64,000 nt of DNA, taken from the sequence record OL770073.2; one strand, written 5' to 3'. The translations under genes were made by a program, and so were the position numbers. The notes beneath the pieces were generated by a model. That model made no database searches. It was not told where the DNA came from and saw only the letters and a program-made list of their open reading frames with translations. Below are positions 26,854 to 36,085 of this stretch, in pieces; position 1 is the first letter of the stretch, and every line of letters begins with the position of its first letter. Source of the DNA: Escherichia phage vB_EcoM-RPN226.

Positions 26854-27600
26854 ATGAAACTGTCTAAAAATCAAATTCGTAAAATTACACGTCGTCTAGA
26901 GCATACTCAGGCATCTGCCAAAAGACGTTCTAAAGATTTTAACTTAGACTTCAATTACATTAAGAACATTTTAGATCAGAAAGTTTGCGCTTACTCAGGA
27001 GAACCTTTTGATAATCGTATTGAAGGAGAGAAATTATCGTTAGAACGTTTTGATAATAACGTTGGATACATTAAAGGGAATGTTATTGCAGTAAAGAAAA
27101 AGTATAATACATTTCGTTCTGATTATACTTTAGAAGAGTTGATTGAAAAGCGTGATTTATTTGCTTTGCGAATTGGTCGTTCATCTGCGAAAAAAGTTCA
27201 TAAACTAAATTTAGATGAAAAGAAATGGGCTAAAATCAAAAAGACTTATAATCAAATTAAAGCTATACAGAAAAAACGTGAAAACCGAATTGAGCACATT
27301 TCTCAGCTTTCTAAATCAAAACAAACTTCTGACGTTAAGCTAACGATTATAGCACTTAAAGCTCGTATTGATGGTTCTCGTATAGCAGAAGGCGCTGAAG
27401 TTGTTAAATTGAACGTTCTTCTTAAAGGCTCAGATTGGAAAACCGTGAAAAAGTTGTCAGAAGCAGAAATGCAATATGATATGTGTGATAAAATTATTCA
27501 AGGTGTAGAGCGGTATCAAAACTTGTCTTTTATTGATAAACTTAAACTGAAAAGAGGATACCCGCTAAATTGTTCAATTTTTAAACTTATCCGAGGATAA
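26854..27600 (+). CDS. srd: Srd-like protein (similarity to RpoD; anti-sigma/decay factor)
   Basis: 248 aa basic protein upstream of dda.1/dda; assigned by synteny and size. Confidence 0.5.
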   Translation: MKLSKNQIRKITRRLEHTQASAKRRSKDFNLDFNYIKNILDQKVCAYSGEPFDNRIEGEKLSLERFDNNVGYIKGNVIAVKKKYNTFRSDYTLEELIEKRDLFALRIGRSSAKKVHKLNLDEKKWAKIKKTYNQIKAIQKKRENRIEHISQLSKSKQTSDVKLTIIALKARIDGSRIAEGAEVVKLNVLLKGSDWKTVKKLSEAEMQYDMCDKIIQGVERYQNLSFIDKLKLKRGYPLNCSIFKLIRG

Positions 27601-27601
27601 T

Positions 27602-27913
27602 ATGTTTTATGTATATGCGATAGTGTATAGAGATAAAGATGGATTTGCGGTGCCTGTTCCTCTTGATGAACATCGTCCTGCTGTATTTTTTGAAAGGGAG
27701 ATTGCTGATAAAGTATTTACAACTCTTAAAGATCAGTATCGACTAGCTTTAGGTATGGGAATTCCGAGATTAGTCGAGACTCCACGCAAGTTTTGGTTTA
27801 ATAAAATAGAAGTTAAACATGTTAAGCCTGATGTAGACACACAAAGATTATATCGACGAATTTTAGATACTGGGCGTATTGTTAGTATACCAATTGCAGG
27901 GAATTTACGATGA
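27602..27913 (+). CDS. hypothetical protein (dda.1 position)
   Basis: 103-aa ORF. Confidence 0.4.
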   Translation: MFYVYAIVYRDKDGFAVPVPLDEHRPAVFFEREIADKVFTTLKDQYRLALGMGIPRLVETPRKFWFNKIEVKHVKPDVDTQRLYRRILDTGRIVSIPIAGNLR

Positions 27914-29229
27914 CATTTGATGATTTGACTGAAGGCCAGAAAAATGCCTTTAACATCGTTATGAGGGCTATTAAAGAAAAGAAACATCATGTAACTATTA
28001 ATGGACCTGCTGGTACCGGTAAGACTACTCTTACCAAGTTCATCATTGAAGCTTTAATATCTACAGGCGAAACTGGCATTATTTTAGCAGCTCCTACACA
28101 TGCAGCTAAAAAGATTCTTTCAAAACTATCAGGGAAAGAAGCGAGTACTATTCACAGTATTCTTAAAATTAACCCAGTAACATACGAAGAAAACGTTCTT
28201 TTTGAGCAAAAAGAAGTACCGGATTTGGCTAAATGCAGAGTATTAATCTGCGACGAAGTATCAATGTATGATAGAAAGCTATTTAAAATTCTGCTTTCAA
28301 CTATTCCACCTTGGTGTACTATAATTGGAATAGGCGATAATAAGCAAATTAGACCTGTTGATCCAGGAGAAAACACTGCTTATATCAGTCCATTCTTTAC
28401 ACATAAAGATTTTTATCAGTGTGAACTCACTGAAGTTAAACGCAGTAATGCTCCTATTATTGATGTAGCTACTGATGTTCGCAACGGTAAGTGGATTTAT
28501 GATAAAGTTGTTGACGGGCATGGAGTACGTGGATTTATCGGTGATACCGCTTTACGCGATTTTATGGTAAATTATTTTTCAATCGTAAAATCACTAGATG
28601 ATTTGTTTGAAAATCGTGTAATGGCATTTACGAATAAATCTGTTGACAAGTTAAATAGCATTATTCGCAAAAAGATTTTTGAAACTGATAAAGATTTTAT
28701 CGTTGGTGAAATTATTGTAATGCAGGAACCATTAATTAAAACATATAAAATTGATGGAAAGCCTGTGTCAGAAATTATTTTTAATAACGGACAATTAGTT
28801 CGTATTATAGAAGCAGAGTATACATCAACATTTGTTAAAGCTCGTGGTGTTTCTGGAGAATATCTAATTCGTCATTGGGATTTAACAGTAGAAACTTACG
28901 GCGATGATGAATATTATCGTGAAAAGATTAAAATAATTTCATCTGATGAAGAGCTGTATAAGTTTAACTTATTTTTAGGTAAAACGGCAGAAACTTATAA
29001 AAATTGGAATAAAGGAGGAAAAGCTCCGTGGAGTGATTTTTGGGATGCTAAATCGCAGTTTAGTAAAGTGAAAGCACTTCCTGCATCAACATTCCATAAA
29101 GCTCAGGGCATGTCTGTAGATCGTGCTTTCATTTATACGCCTTGTATCCATTATGCAGATGCTGAACTAGCTCAGCAGCTTCTTTATGTTGGTGTAACAC
29201 GTGGTCGTTATGATGTGTTTTATGTATGA
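27910..29229 (+). CDS. dda: Dda 5'-3' DNA helicase (SF1B)
   Basis: 439 aa as in T4 Dda; Walker A GPAGTGKTT, Walker B LICDEVSM. Confidence 0.95.
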   Translation: MTFDDLTEGQKNAFNIVMRAIKEKKHHVTINGPAGTGKTTLTKFIIEALISTGETGIILAAPTHAAKKILSKLSGKEASTIHSILKINPVTYEENVLFEQKEVPDLAKCRVLICDEVSMYDRKLFKILLSTIPPWCTIIGIGDNKQIRPVDPGENTAYISPFFTHKDFYQCELTEVKRSNAPIIDVATDVRNGKWIYDKVVDGHGVRGFIGDTALRDFMVNYFSIVKSLDDLFENRVMAFTNKSVDKLNSIIRKKIFETDKDFIVGEIIVMQEPLIKTYKIDGKPVSEIIFNNGQLVRIIEAEYTSTFVKARGVSGEYLIRHWDLTVETYGDDEYYREKIKIISSDEELYKFNLFLGKTAETYKNWNKGGKAPWSDFWDAKSQFSKVKALPASTFHKAQGMSVDRAFIYTPCIHYADAELAQQLLYVGVTRGRYDVFYV

Positions 29230-29235
29230 TTAAAT

Positions 29236-29496
29236 TTGAGGAAGCTATTCGTGGAAATAACTAAAGACCAGTTTTATCTACTTCAAGATAAAGTGAGCGA
29301 AATATATGAAATAGCTTATAGTAAAAATCGCAAAAACGTGAAAATTGAATCAGGCAAGTTAATGCTTCAATTGGAAGAAATTGAACGAGATTTGATTGCG
29401 TTAGAATTCTTTTGTGGTGAAGTGAAAACTGTTACAATCAGTGATTACGTTTTAGGTGAAATTAGCCATCTTTATAAGGCGGTTATTAATGATTGA
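29236..29496 (+). CDS. hypothetical protein (dexA.2 position)
   Basis: 86 aa; paralogous to next ORF. Confidence 0.4.
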   Translation: MRKLFVEITKDQFYLLQDKVSEIYEIAYSKNRKNVKIESGKLMLQLEEIERDLIALEFFCGEVKTVTISDYVLGEISHLYKAVIND

Positions 29497-29731
29497 ATTA
29501 AGTTTGCATCAGTTTAAATCTCTTATGGCAAATGTTAAAGCTGTCATTCAAGAAAATTCAGGACCTGATAATGTTACTATTCGCGAAAAAGCTTTAAAGA
29601 TAGTATACAGTCTTGAAGAGATACAAAAAGATATTGAATCTATGGCAAAATTTATTGATGAGCCCATTAATAAAGTTTATATCCAAGATTATACTGTAGG
29701 TCAAATTCGCGATTTAGCGAGGAAAATTTAA
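29489..29731 (+). CDS. hypothetical protein (dexA.1 position)
   Basis: 80 aa from MIELSLHQ; tandem paralog of 29236..29496. Confidence 0.4.
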   Translation: MIELSLHQFKSLMANVKAVIQENSGPDNVTIREKALKIVYSLEEIQKDIESMAKFIDEPINKVYIQDYTVGQIRDLARKI

Positions 29732-30414
29732 TGTTTGATTTTATTATAGATTTTGAAACAATGGGAAGCGGTGAAAAGGCAGCTGTTATTGATTTGGCTG
29801 TAATTGCTTTTGACCCTAATCCAGAAGTCGTTGAAACATTCGATGAATTAGTTTCACGTGGCATTAAAATCAAATTTGATTTAAAAAGCCAAAAAGGACA
29901 TCGTCTTTTTACTAAAAGCACTATCGAATGGTGGAAAAATCAGTCTCCTGAAGCTCGAAAAAATATTGCGCCATCAGATGAAGATGTAAGCACTATCGAT
30001 GGTATTGTAAAATTTAATGATTACATCAATGCACATAATATCGATCCTTGGAAATCTCAAGGCTGGTGCCGTGGAATGTCGTTTGATTTTCCAATTTTAG
30101 TCGATCTTATTCGCGATATTCAACGTCTTAATGGCGTTTCTGAGAATGAGCTTGATACATTTAAGTTAGAACCATGTAAATTCTGGAATCAACGTGATAT
30201 TCGTACCAGAATTGAAGCACTTCTGCTTGTTCGTGATATGACCATGTGTCCTCTTCCAAGGGGAACTTTAGATGGATTCGTTGCACATGATTCTATTCAT
30301 GACTGTGCGAAAGACATCCTGATGATGAAGTATGCTTTGCGATACGCTATGGGTCTTGAAGATGCTCCGTCAGAGGAAGAGTGCGATCCTCTTTCTCTTC
30401 CAACAAAACGATAA
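29731..30414 (+). CDS. dexA: exonuclease A DexA (DnaQ-like 3'-5' exonuclease)
   Basis: 227 aa as in T4 DexA; DFET exo motif. Confidence 0.9.
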   Translation: MFDFIIDFETMGSGEKAAVIDLAVIAFDPNPEVVETFDELVSRGIKIKFDLKSQKGHRLFTKSTIEWWKNQSPEARKNIAPSDEDVSTIDGIVKFNDYINAHNIDPWKSQGWCRGMSFDFPILVDLIRDIQRLNGVSENELDTFKLEPCKFWNQRDIRTRIEALLLVRDMTMCPLPRGTLDGFVAHDSIHDCAKDILMMKYALRYAMGLEDAPSEEECDPLSLPTKR

Positions 30415-30420
30415 AAAGTT

Positions 30421-30451
30421 GTTTACTTCCTCGGTTAGTTGTGGTATTATA
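30421..30451 (+). promoter_or_regulatory. T4-type early promoter
   Basis: GTTTAC ... TGGTATTAT. Confidence 0.5.
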
Positions 30452-30477
30452 ACACCATAGCTGCTGAGGATAATAAA

Positions 30478-30978
30478 ATGAAAATTTATCGTGTTGAATC
30501 ATCTTTTAGTATTCTTAATTATGAAGATGCTATAACAATACGTCGAAATCTTTGTGTTCAAATAACGCCGTACAGGAGTATAATAGATTCATGGAGCGAA
30601 GAGTGGTTATTACACGTAGGTTATGATAGACCTAATTTTATGCATCATAGCGATAATAATAAAAGAATTCCTTTACCACACGAAGATAAACTATTAGTTA
30701 AAAACGCTAATATAGTAATTAATACTAAGTTCAAGAAAGATTATGTTGGAGTAGAATATCATATTCCAGGATGGTTTATAGCTCTTTATCATTTTGCTTT
30801 CGCTAGTGAATATGATATGATGAGATGGTTCACACGAGAAGAGCGGGAAGAATTATCTTCTAAAGGATTTTATCTCGCTGTATACGAAGTTCCTGAAGAT
30901 GAAGTTATCATTGGCGGGCACCAAGTAATGTTCCGCAAATCGCATGCTGAACTCATAGATTTTATTGAAATGAGATAA
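30478..30978 (+). CDS. hypothetical protein (MotB-like by position and size)
   Basis: 166 aa from ATG after GAGGA; track start 30439 lies in promoter. Confidence 0.4.
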   Translation: MKIYRVESSFSILNYEDAITIRRNLCVQITPYRSIIDSWSEEWLLHVGYDRPNFMHHSDNNKRIPLPHEDKLLVKNANIVINTKFKKDYVGVEYHIPGWFIALYHFAFASEYDMMRWFTREEREELSSKGFYLAVYEVPEDEVIIGGHQVMFRKSHAELIDFIEMR

Positions 30979-30980
30979 TT

Positions 30981-31523
30981 ATGAAATTTAATTATAATCC
31001 TGAATACACACCAAATCCGGTAGCTAAACTGATTGATTTTGATGTTGTAAGCACTTATGTATGCCCTGTTAAACCACTGGAAATTAAGGAACCTACTATG
31101 ACTACTGCTATTGAAATCGGCAAAACCTACAAACTGGTTGAACCTGAAATTAAAACTAATGCCTTGATTTCCGGCCATAAAACTTTGACTGATGTTTTTG
31201 GCGAAGGCGAATTTACCGTTGAAGACTTTGAAAAAAGTAAATGGTTTACTAAATCTTATATTGTCCACGGTCGTCGTTTAGACAATAACAAAATAGAGAA
31301 AATCCTGGTTTATGAAGCAGAGTTCATCCTGTTCCAAGAAGTTGAAGAACAAGACCCTACCGACCTTCTAACTCGTGCAGTAGCTATTAAGACCCCATTT
31401 ATTTCGGTCTGTGGTTGGGTAACAGACCAATGGATTGAAGATGGCGTTGAACTTCTGAATGTTGTGCATGCAGGCGATTTTAGTGTAGTACCTCGTAGTG
31501 CGGTGGTAGCTATTTTAAATTAA
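30981..31523 (+). CDS. hypothetical protein
   Basis: 180 aa; C-terminal CGWVTDQWIEDGVELLNVVHAGDFSVVP shared with next ORF. Confidence 0.45.
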   Translation: MKFNYNPEYTPNPVAKLIDFDVVSTYVCPVKPLEIKEPTMTTAIEIGKTYKLVEPEIKTNALISGHKTLTDVFGEGEFTVEDFEKSKWFTKSYIVHGRRLDNNKIEKILVYEAEFILFQEVEEQDPTDLLTRAVAIKTPFISVCGWVTDQWIEDGVELLNVVHAGDFSVVPRSAVVAILN

Positions 31524-31525
31524 TA

Positions 31526-31556
31526 GTTTACAAACTCTTGGGACCAGAGTATAATG
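31526..31556 (+). promoter_or_regulatory. T4-type early promoter
   Basis: GTTTAC ... GAGTATAAT. Confidence 0.5.
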
Positions 31557-31599
31557 GTCCCGTGGAGTATAAAATCTTTTTAACAAGTGAGAGATAACT

Positions 31600-32097
31600 A
31601 TGATTATTAATATTGGTGAAATTGCTCGTGTATCTGATAAATCCCGTTCTAAAGCAGCAGGAAAATTGGTCGAAATTGTAAGCATTCAGCTTAAACATGG
31701 TGTTAAAGATGAAGATTCTGAAGTAAAAGTGCGTATCATTCCTAAAGATGGAAAGTCTAAACCTCAGTTTGGCTATGTTCGTGCGAAATTTCTTGAGTCT
31801 GCGTTTTTGAAAGCTATTCCTGCTAAAGGAATTGAAACGATTGATACTTCGCATGTAGGTGTAGACTTTAAGTGGAAACTCGGTCAGGCTATTAAGTTCA
31901 TTGCTCCTTATGAATTCGAATTTACTGAAGATGAGGAAGGGGTTATTCAAAAACATCGTACTCGCGCTATGTGTGCATACATTACCGATCAGTGGGTAGA
32001 AGATGGCGTTAAGTTGTACAACGCAGTATTTTTAGGAACATACAAAGTCATTCCTGAAAGTTGGATTAAACACTATAGTAAAGCCCGCTATGCATAA
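31600..32097 (+). CDS. hypothetical protein (paralog of 30981..31523)
   Basis: 165 aa; C-terminal CAYITDQWVEDGVKLYNAVFLGTYKVIP. Confidence 0.45.
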   Translation: MIINIGEIARVSDKSRSKAAGKLVEIVSIQLKHGVKDEDSEVKVRIIPKDGKSKPQFGYVRAKFLESAFLKAIPAKGIETIDTSHVGVDFKWKLGQAIKFIAPYEFEFTEDEEGVIQKHRTRAMCAYITDQWVEDGVKLYNAVFLGTYKVIPESWIKHYSKARYA

Positions 32098-32182
32098 AGT
32101 TTAAAATTTTTTCATAAAACTATATACATCAGTAGTTGATTATGGTACTATATCAATATCAACTACTGATACAGAAAACAAC

Positions 32183-32464
32183 TTGGAGAATAAAATGGAA
32201 AACTTAATTATCATCGAACAATCTTTCAACGATTATGGTATGGCTTATGGTTATCGTGCGATAATGGAAGATTCTCGTGGATGTGTTATCGATATTGCAG
32301 AGTGTAAAGATTTACTGCAGCTTTTGAAGATTGTTCGTAAAAATTGGGATTGTGAAAACATTAAAGTTCGTGTTGTAACAGAAGAAGAAACTGTTTTTCA
32401 TGATGTAAAATTCGCCAAAGGTGCTGCTACTCTTCTGAAACGCATCGCTCTACTGTTTAATTAA
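32183..32464 (+). CDS. hypothetical protein
   Basis: 93-aa ORF downstream of degenerate promoter cassette. Confidence 0.4.
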   Translation: MENKMENLIIIEQSFNDYGMAYGYRAIMEDSRGCVIDIAECKDLLQLLKIVRKNWDCENIKVRVVTEEETVFHDVKFAKGAATLLKRIALLFN

Positions 32465-32477
32465 TGAGGAAATTGTA

Positions 32478-32693
32478 ATGAAACGTAAAATTGTTCAGAA
32501 TTGCACTAATGATGAATTTGAAGATGTATTATTTGATCCAAATTTGGTAGTAGTTCAAAAGGAACATACTAGCAAGTTTACTCACTTGACTTCTGTTTAT
32601 GTGTATGAGAAAGCCGGTGATAAACAGCCAATTTACGGTGTATTTCGTGAAATTACTGAAGACGGCACAACTTACTGGAAGGAAATTTATTAA
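32478..32693 (+). CDS. hypothetical protein
   Basis: 71-aa ORF. Confidence 0.35.
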   Translation: MKRKIVQNCTNDEFEDVLFDPNLVVVQKEHTSKFTHLTSVYVYEKAGDKQPIYGVFREITEDGTTYWKEIY

Positions 32694-33112
32694 TGGCTAT
32701 TAAATTTGAAGTTAATAAATGGTATCAATTTAAAAATAAACAAGCCCAAGAAAATTTTATTAAAGACCATACTGATAACGGAATCTATGCACGACGTTTA
32801 GGTATGGAGCCTTTTAAAATTTTAGATGCTGATTATCTTGGGCGTCCTACTAAAATTATGACATCCATAGGTGTGCTCAAACGTTGTGCCGGCGGTGATA
32901 TCCTTGACGAAAACTTTATCTGGCTCTCTACTAACGAAGCTGGGTTCTTTGATGAAGTTGAAAATCCATATCAGGCTGCTGAAGAACAAGAGCAGGAAGA
33001 GCAAGAACAAATAGAAGATTTCACAGAATTCCCGGTAATGAAAGTTACTATTGAAAATAATGAACAAGCATGGTCCTTGTATCAGATGTTGAAAGCTCAC
33101 TTTAAGGAATAA
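32693..33112 (+). CDS. hypothetical protein with acidic EQ-rich segment
   Basis: 139 aa; [16 protein letters not shown]. Confidence 0.4.
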   Translation: MAIKFEVNKWYQFKNKQAQENFIKDHTDNGIYARRLGMEPFKILDADYLGRPTKIMTSIGVLKRCAGGDILDENFIWLSTNEAGFFDEVENPYQAAEEQEQEEQEQIEDFTEFPVMKVTIENNEQAWSLYQMLKAHFKE

Positions 33113-33114
33113 TT

Positions 33115-33291
33115 ATGCCTCTTTATGATTATAAATGTCAATCCAAAGACTGTGCAAAAGAATACGAAAAAATCAAGAAAATTTCTGAAAGGGATACTGA
33201 TGTATGTCCTGATTGTCATCGGATTGCTATTCGGTTAGTTTCCGCTCCTAAGCATGTGAATGGTGGATTTTACGACTTACTTAAAGGGTGA
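33115..33291 (+). CDS. small zinc-ribbon protein (58 aa)
   Basis: hand-translated MPLYDYKCQSKDCAKEYEKIKKISERDTDVCPDCH...; two CxxC pairs. Confidence 0.4.
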   Translation: MPLYDYKCQSKDCAKEYEKIKKISERDTDVCPDCHRIAIRLVSAPKHVNGGFYDLLKG

Positions 33292-33293
33292 TT

Positions 33294-33665
33294 ATGTTTA
33301 AAATCGGTAAGAAGTATCGTGTTCGCGAAGGTGAAGAAAAGAAATATCTAATGTCTGCTATTTATAGGAATGGTTCTATTAATGCTGTAATATCTACAAG
33401 CGAATTTATCGTTGAAGATATGAAAGGTCATAATGTTACGATGATTAGTACAGCATCTGGAAATGACGGAAAAATTCTTCACAGTATGCAGAGTAATGTT
33501 CTAATTTATGCTGAAGAATTTGACTTCTTCGAAGAAGTTCCCGAAAATTTTGATTTTGGATGCACTATCACTATGAAATCTGGTGACCCTCTTTCCTTTA
33601 CAGTTAAAGATGAAAGAAGTCGCTTGAGAATTATTAGTCTCCTTCAAGCCATTAAATTTGAGTGA
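33294..33665 (+). CDS. hypothetical protein
   Basis: 123-aa ORF from ATG; track start 33288 is GTG. Confidence 0.4.
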   Translation: MFKIGKKYRVREGEEKKYLMSAIYRNGSINAVISTSEFIVEDMKGHNVTMISTASGNDGKILHSMQSNVLIYAEEFDFFEEVPENFDFGCTITMKSGDPLSFTVKDERSRLRIISLLQAIKFE

Positions 33666-33669
33666 AATT

Positions 33670-33930
33670 ATGAAATATGTTAATCGTTCTATCGCGGCAT
33701 TAGTATTAGCAGTATCTTTAGTAGGATGTACTGATGCTGATAATGCAACCAAAGTTTTGTCTTCAAGTGGTTTTACTAATATTGAAATCACTGGATATAA
33801 TTGGTTCGGTTGCTCTGAAAATGATTTCCAGCATACTGGATTTCGTGCTATTGGACCTACCGGGCAGAAAGTAGAAGGAACAGTATGTTCTGGTCTATTC
33901 TTCAAGGATTCGACTATCCGTTTTAAATAA
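33670..33930 (+). CDS. putative lipoprotein
   Basis: 86 aa; signal peptide plus lipobox LVGC. Confidence 0.45.
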   Translation: MKYVNRSIAALVLAVSLVGCTDADNATKVLSSSGFTNIEITGYNWFGCSENDFQHTGFRAIGPTGQKVEGTVCSGLFFKDSTIRFK

Positions 33931-33950
33931 AAGGCCTTCGGGCCTTTAGC
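33931..33950 (+). terminator. AGGCC-UUCG-GGCCU hairpin
   Basis: directly after lipoprotein ORF. Confidence 0.5.
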
Positions 33951-33999
33951 TTTATGATTACCGGAGTATAATATTCCCGAAACCAAACGAGGATAAGTG

Positions 34000-35817
34000 A
34001 TGATTAAGAATGAAATTAAAATTCTGAGCGATATTGAACATATCAAAAAGCGTAGCGGCATGTATATTGGCTCTTCTGCTAATGAAATGCATGAGCGCTT
34101 TCTGTTTGGTAAATGGGAAAGTGTTCAGTATGTACCTGGTCTTGTTAAGCTTATTGATGAAATTATCGATAACTCAGTAGATGAAGGTATTCGTACTAAG
34201 TTTAAATTCGCAAATAAAATTAATGTTACTATCAAAAACAATCAAGTAACAGTTGAAGATAACGGTCGTGGTATTCCACAAGCGATGGTTAAAACACCTA
34301 CCGGTGAAGAAATTCCTGGTCCAGTTGCTGCATGGACTATTCCAAAAGCAGGTGGTAACTTTGGTGATGATAAAGAACGCGTCACTGGCGGTATGAACGG
34401 TGTTGGCTCTAGTTTAACTAACATTTTTTCTGTGATGTTTGTCGGTGAAACTGGCGACGGTCAAAATAATATTGTAGTTCGTTGTTCAAACGGCATGGAA
34501 AATAAATCGTGGGAAGATATTCCTGGAAAATGGAAAGGAACTCGCGTTACTTTCATTCCCGATTTTATGTCATTTGAAACTAATGAGCTATCTCAGGTTT
34601 ATCTTGACATTACACTAGATCGTCTCCAGACACTTGCAGTAGTTTATCCTGATATTCAATTTACCTTTAATGGTAAAAAGGTTCAGGGTAATTTTAAGAA
34701 ATACGCACGCCAATATGATGAGCATGCTATCGTTCAAGAACAAGAAAATTGTTCTATTGCGGTTGGTCGTTCACCGGATGGTTTTCGTCAATTAACATAC
34801 GTCAATAACATTCATACTAAGAATGGTGGCCACCACATTGACTGCGTTATGGATGATATTTGTGAAGACCTTATTCCACAAATCAAACGTAAATTTAAAA
34901 TTGACGTAACTAAAGCACGTGTTAAAGAATGTTTGACTATCGTTATGTTTGTTCGTGATATGAAAAACATGCGATTTGATTCTCAGACTAAAGAGCGTTT
35001 GACTTCTCCATTTGGTGAAATTCGTAGTCATATTCAGCTTGATGCTAAAAAGATTTCACGTGCTATTTTAAATAATGAAGCAATTTTAATGCCAATTATT
35101 GAAGCTGCTTTGGCTCGTAAATTGGCGGCAGAAAAAGCAGCAGAAACTAAAGCAGCTAAAAAGGCTTCTAAAGCTAAGGTTCATAAACATATTAAAGCGA
35201 ATCTTTGCGGTAAAGATGCTGATACTACTCTTTTCTTGACTGAGGGTGATTCGGCTATTGGATATCTTATTGATGTTCGTGATAAAGAACTTCATGGTGG
35301 TTATCCATTGCGTGGTAAAGTTCTTAACAGTTGGGGTATGTCATATGCTGATATGCTTAAAAACAAAGAACTGTTTGATATTTGCGCAATCACTGGATTG
35401 GTTCTTGGTGAAAAAGCCGAAAACTTGAATTATCATAATATTGCTATTATGACAGATGCTGACCATGATGGTCTAGGAAGCATTTATCCTTCTCTGCTCG
35501 GATTTTTTAGTAATTGGCCAGAACTGTTTGAACAAGGAAGAATTCGCTTTGTCAAAACTCCTGTAATCATCGCTCAGGTCGGTAAAAAACAAGAATGGTT
35601 TTATACAGTCGCTGAATATGAGAGTGCCAAAGATGCTCTACCTAAACATAGCATCCGTTATATTAAGGGACTTGGCTCTTTGGAAAAATCTGAATATCGT
35701 GAGATGATTCAAAATCCAGTATATGATGTTGTTAAACTTCCTGAGAATTGGAAAGAGCTTTTTGAAATGCTTATGGGAGATAATGCTGACCTTCGTAAAG
35801 AATGGATGAGCCAGTAG
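34000..35817 (+). CDS. 39: DNA topoisomerase II large subunit gp39 (ATPase plus TOPRIM, full length, no gene 60 split)
   Basis: 605 aa; GHKL ATPase motifs, TOPRIM EGDSA and DADHDG; in T4 this protein is split into 39 and 60. Confidence 0.9.
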   Translation: MIKNEIKILSDIEHIKKRSGMYIGSSANEMHERFLFGKWESVQYVPGLVKLIDEIIDNSVDEGIRTKFKFANKINVTIKNNQVTVEDNGRGIPQAMVKTPTGEEIPGPVAAWTIPKAGGNFGDDKERVTGGMNGVGSSLTNIFSVMFVGETGDGQNNIVVRCSNGMENKSWEDIPGKWKGTRVTFIPDFMSFETNELSQVYLDITLDRLQTLAVVYPDIQFTFNGKKVQGNFKKYARQYDEHAIVQEQENCSIAVGRSPDGFRQLTYVNNIHTKNGGHHIDCVMDDICEDLIPQIKRKFKIDVTKARVKECLTIVMFVRDMKNMRFDSQTKERLTSPFGEIRSHIQLDAKKISRAILNNEAILMPIIEAALARKLAAEKAAETKAAKKASKAKVHKHIKANLCGKDADTTLFLTEGDSAIGYLIDVRDKELHGGYPLRGKVLNSWGMSYADMLKNKELFDICAITGLVLGEKAENLNYHNIAIMTDADHDGLGSIYPSLLGFFSNWPELFEQGRIRFVKTPVIIAQVGKKQEWFYTVAEYESAKDALPKHSIRYIKGLGSLEKSEYREMIQNPVYDVVKLPENWKELFEMLMGDNADLRKEWMSQ

Positions 35818-35847
35818 TTTACTTTACCACAAGGATGTGGTATAATT
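35817..35847 (+). promoter_or_regulatory. T4-type early promoter
   Basis: GTTTAC ... TGGTATAAT. Confidence 0.5.
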
Positions 35848-35871
35848 AATTGGGCAAATGAGGACATTGAA

Positions 35872-36075
35872 ATGAAATCATACAGAGTAAATTTAGAACT
35901 TTTTGATAAAGCAGTTCATCGAGAATATAGAATCATTCAACGCTTTTTCGATATGGGAGAAGCCGAAGAGTTTAAAAACCGCTTTAAGGATATTAGAGAT
36001 AAAATTCAATCCGACACCGCAACTAAAGATGAACTACTAGAAGTTGCTGAAGTTATTAAACGCAATATGAATTAA
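35872..36075 (+). CDS. hypothetical protein
   Basis: 67-aa ORF. Confidence 0.4.
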   Translation: MKSYRVNLELFDKAVHREYRIIQRFFDMGEAEEFKNRFKDIRDKIQSDTATKDELLEVAEVIKRNMN

Positions 36076-36085
36076 TGAGGAAATT

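Noticed and set aside
33501-34061. 186-aa - strand ORF spanning the lipoprotein gene and start of gene 39
   Set aside because: Overlaps two + strand genes and a terminator hairpin; no RBS; judged spurious.
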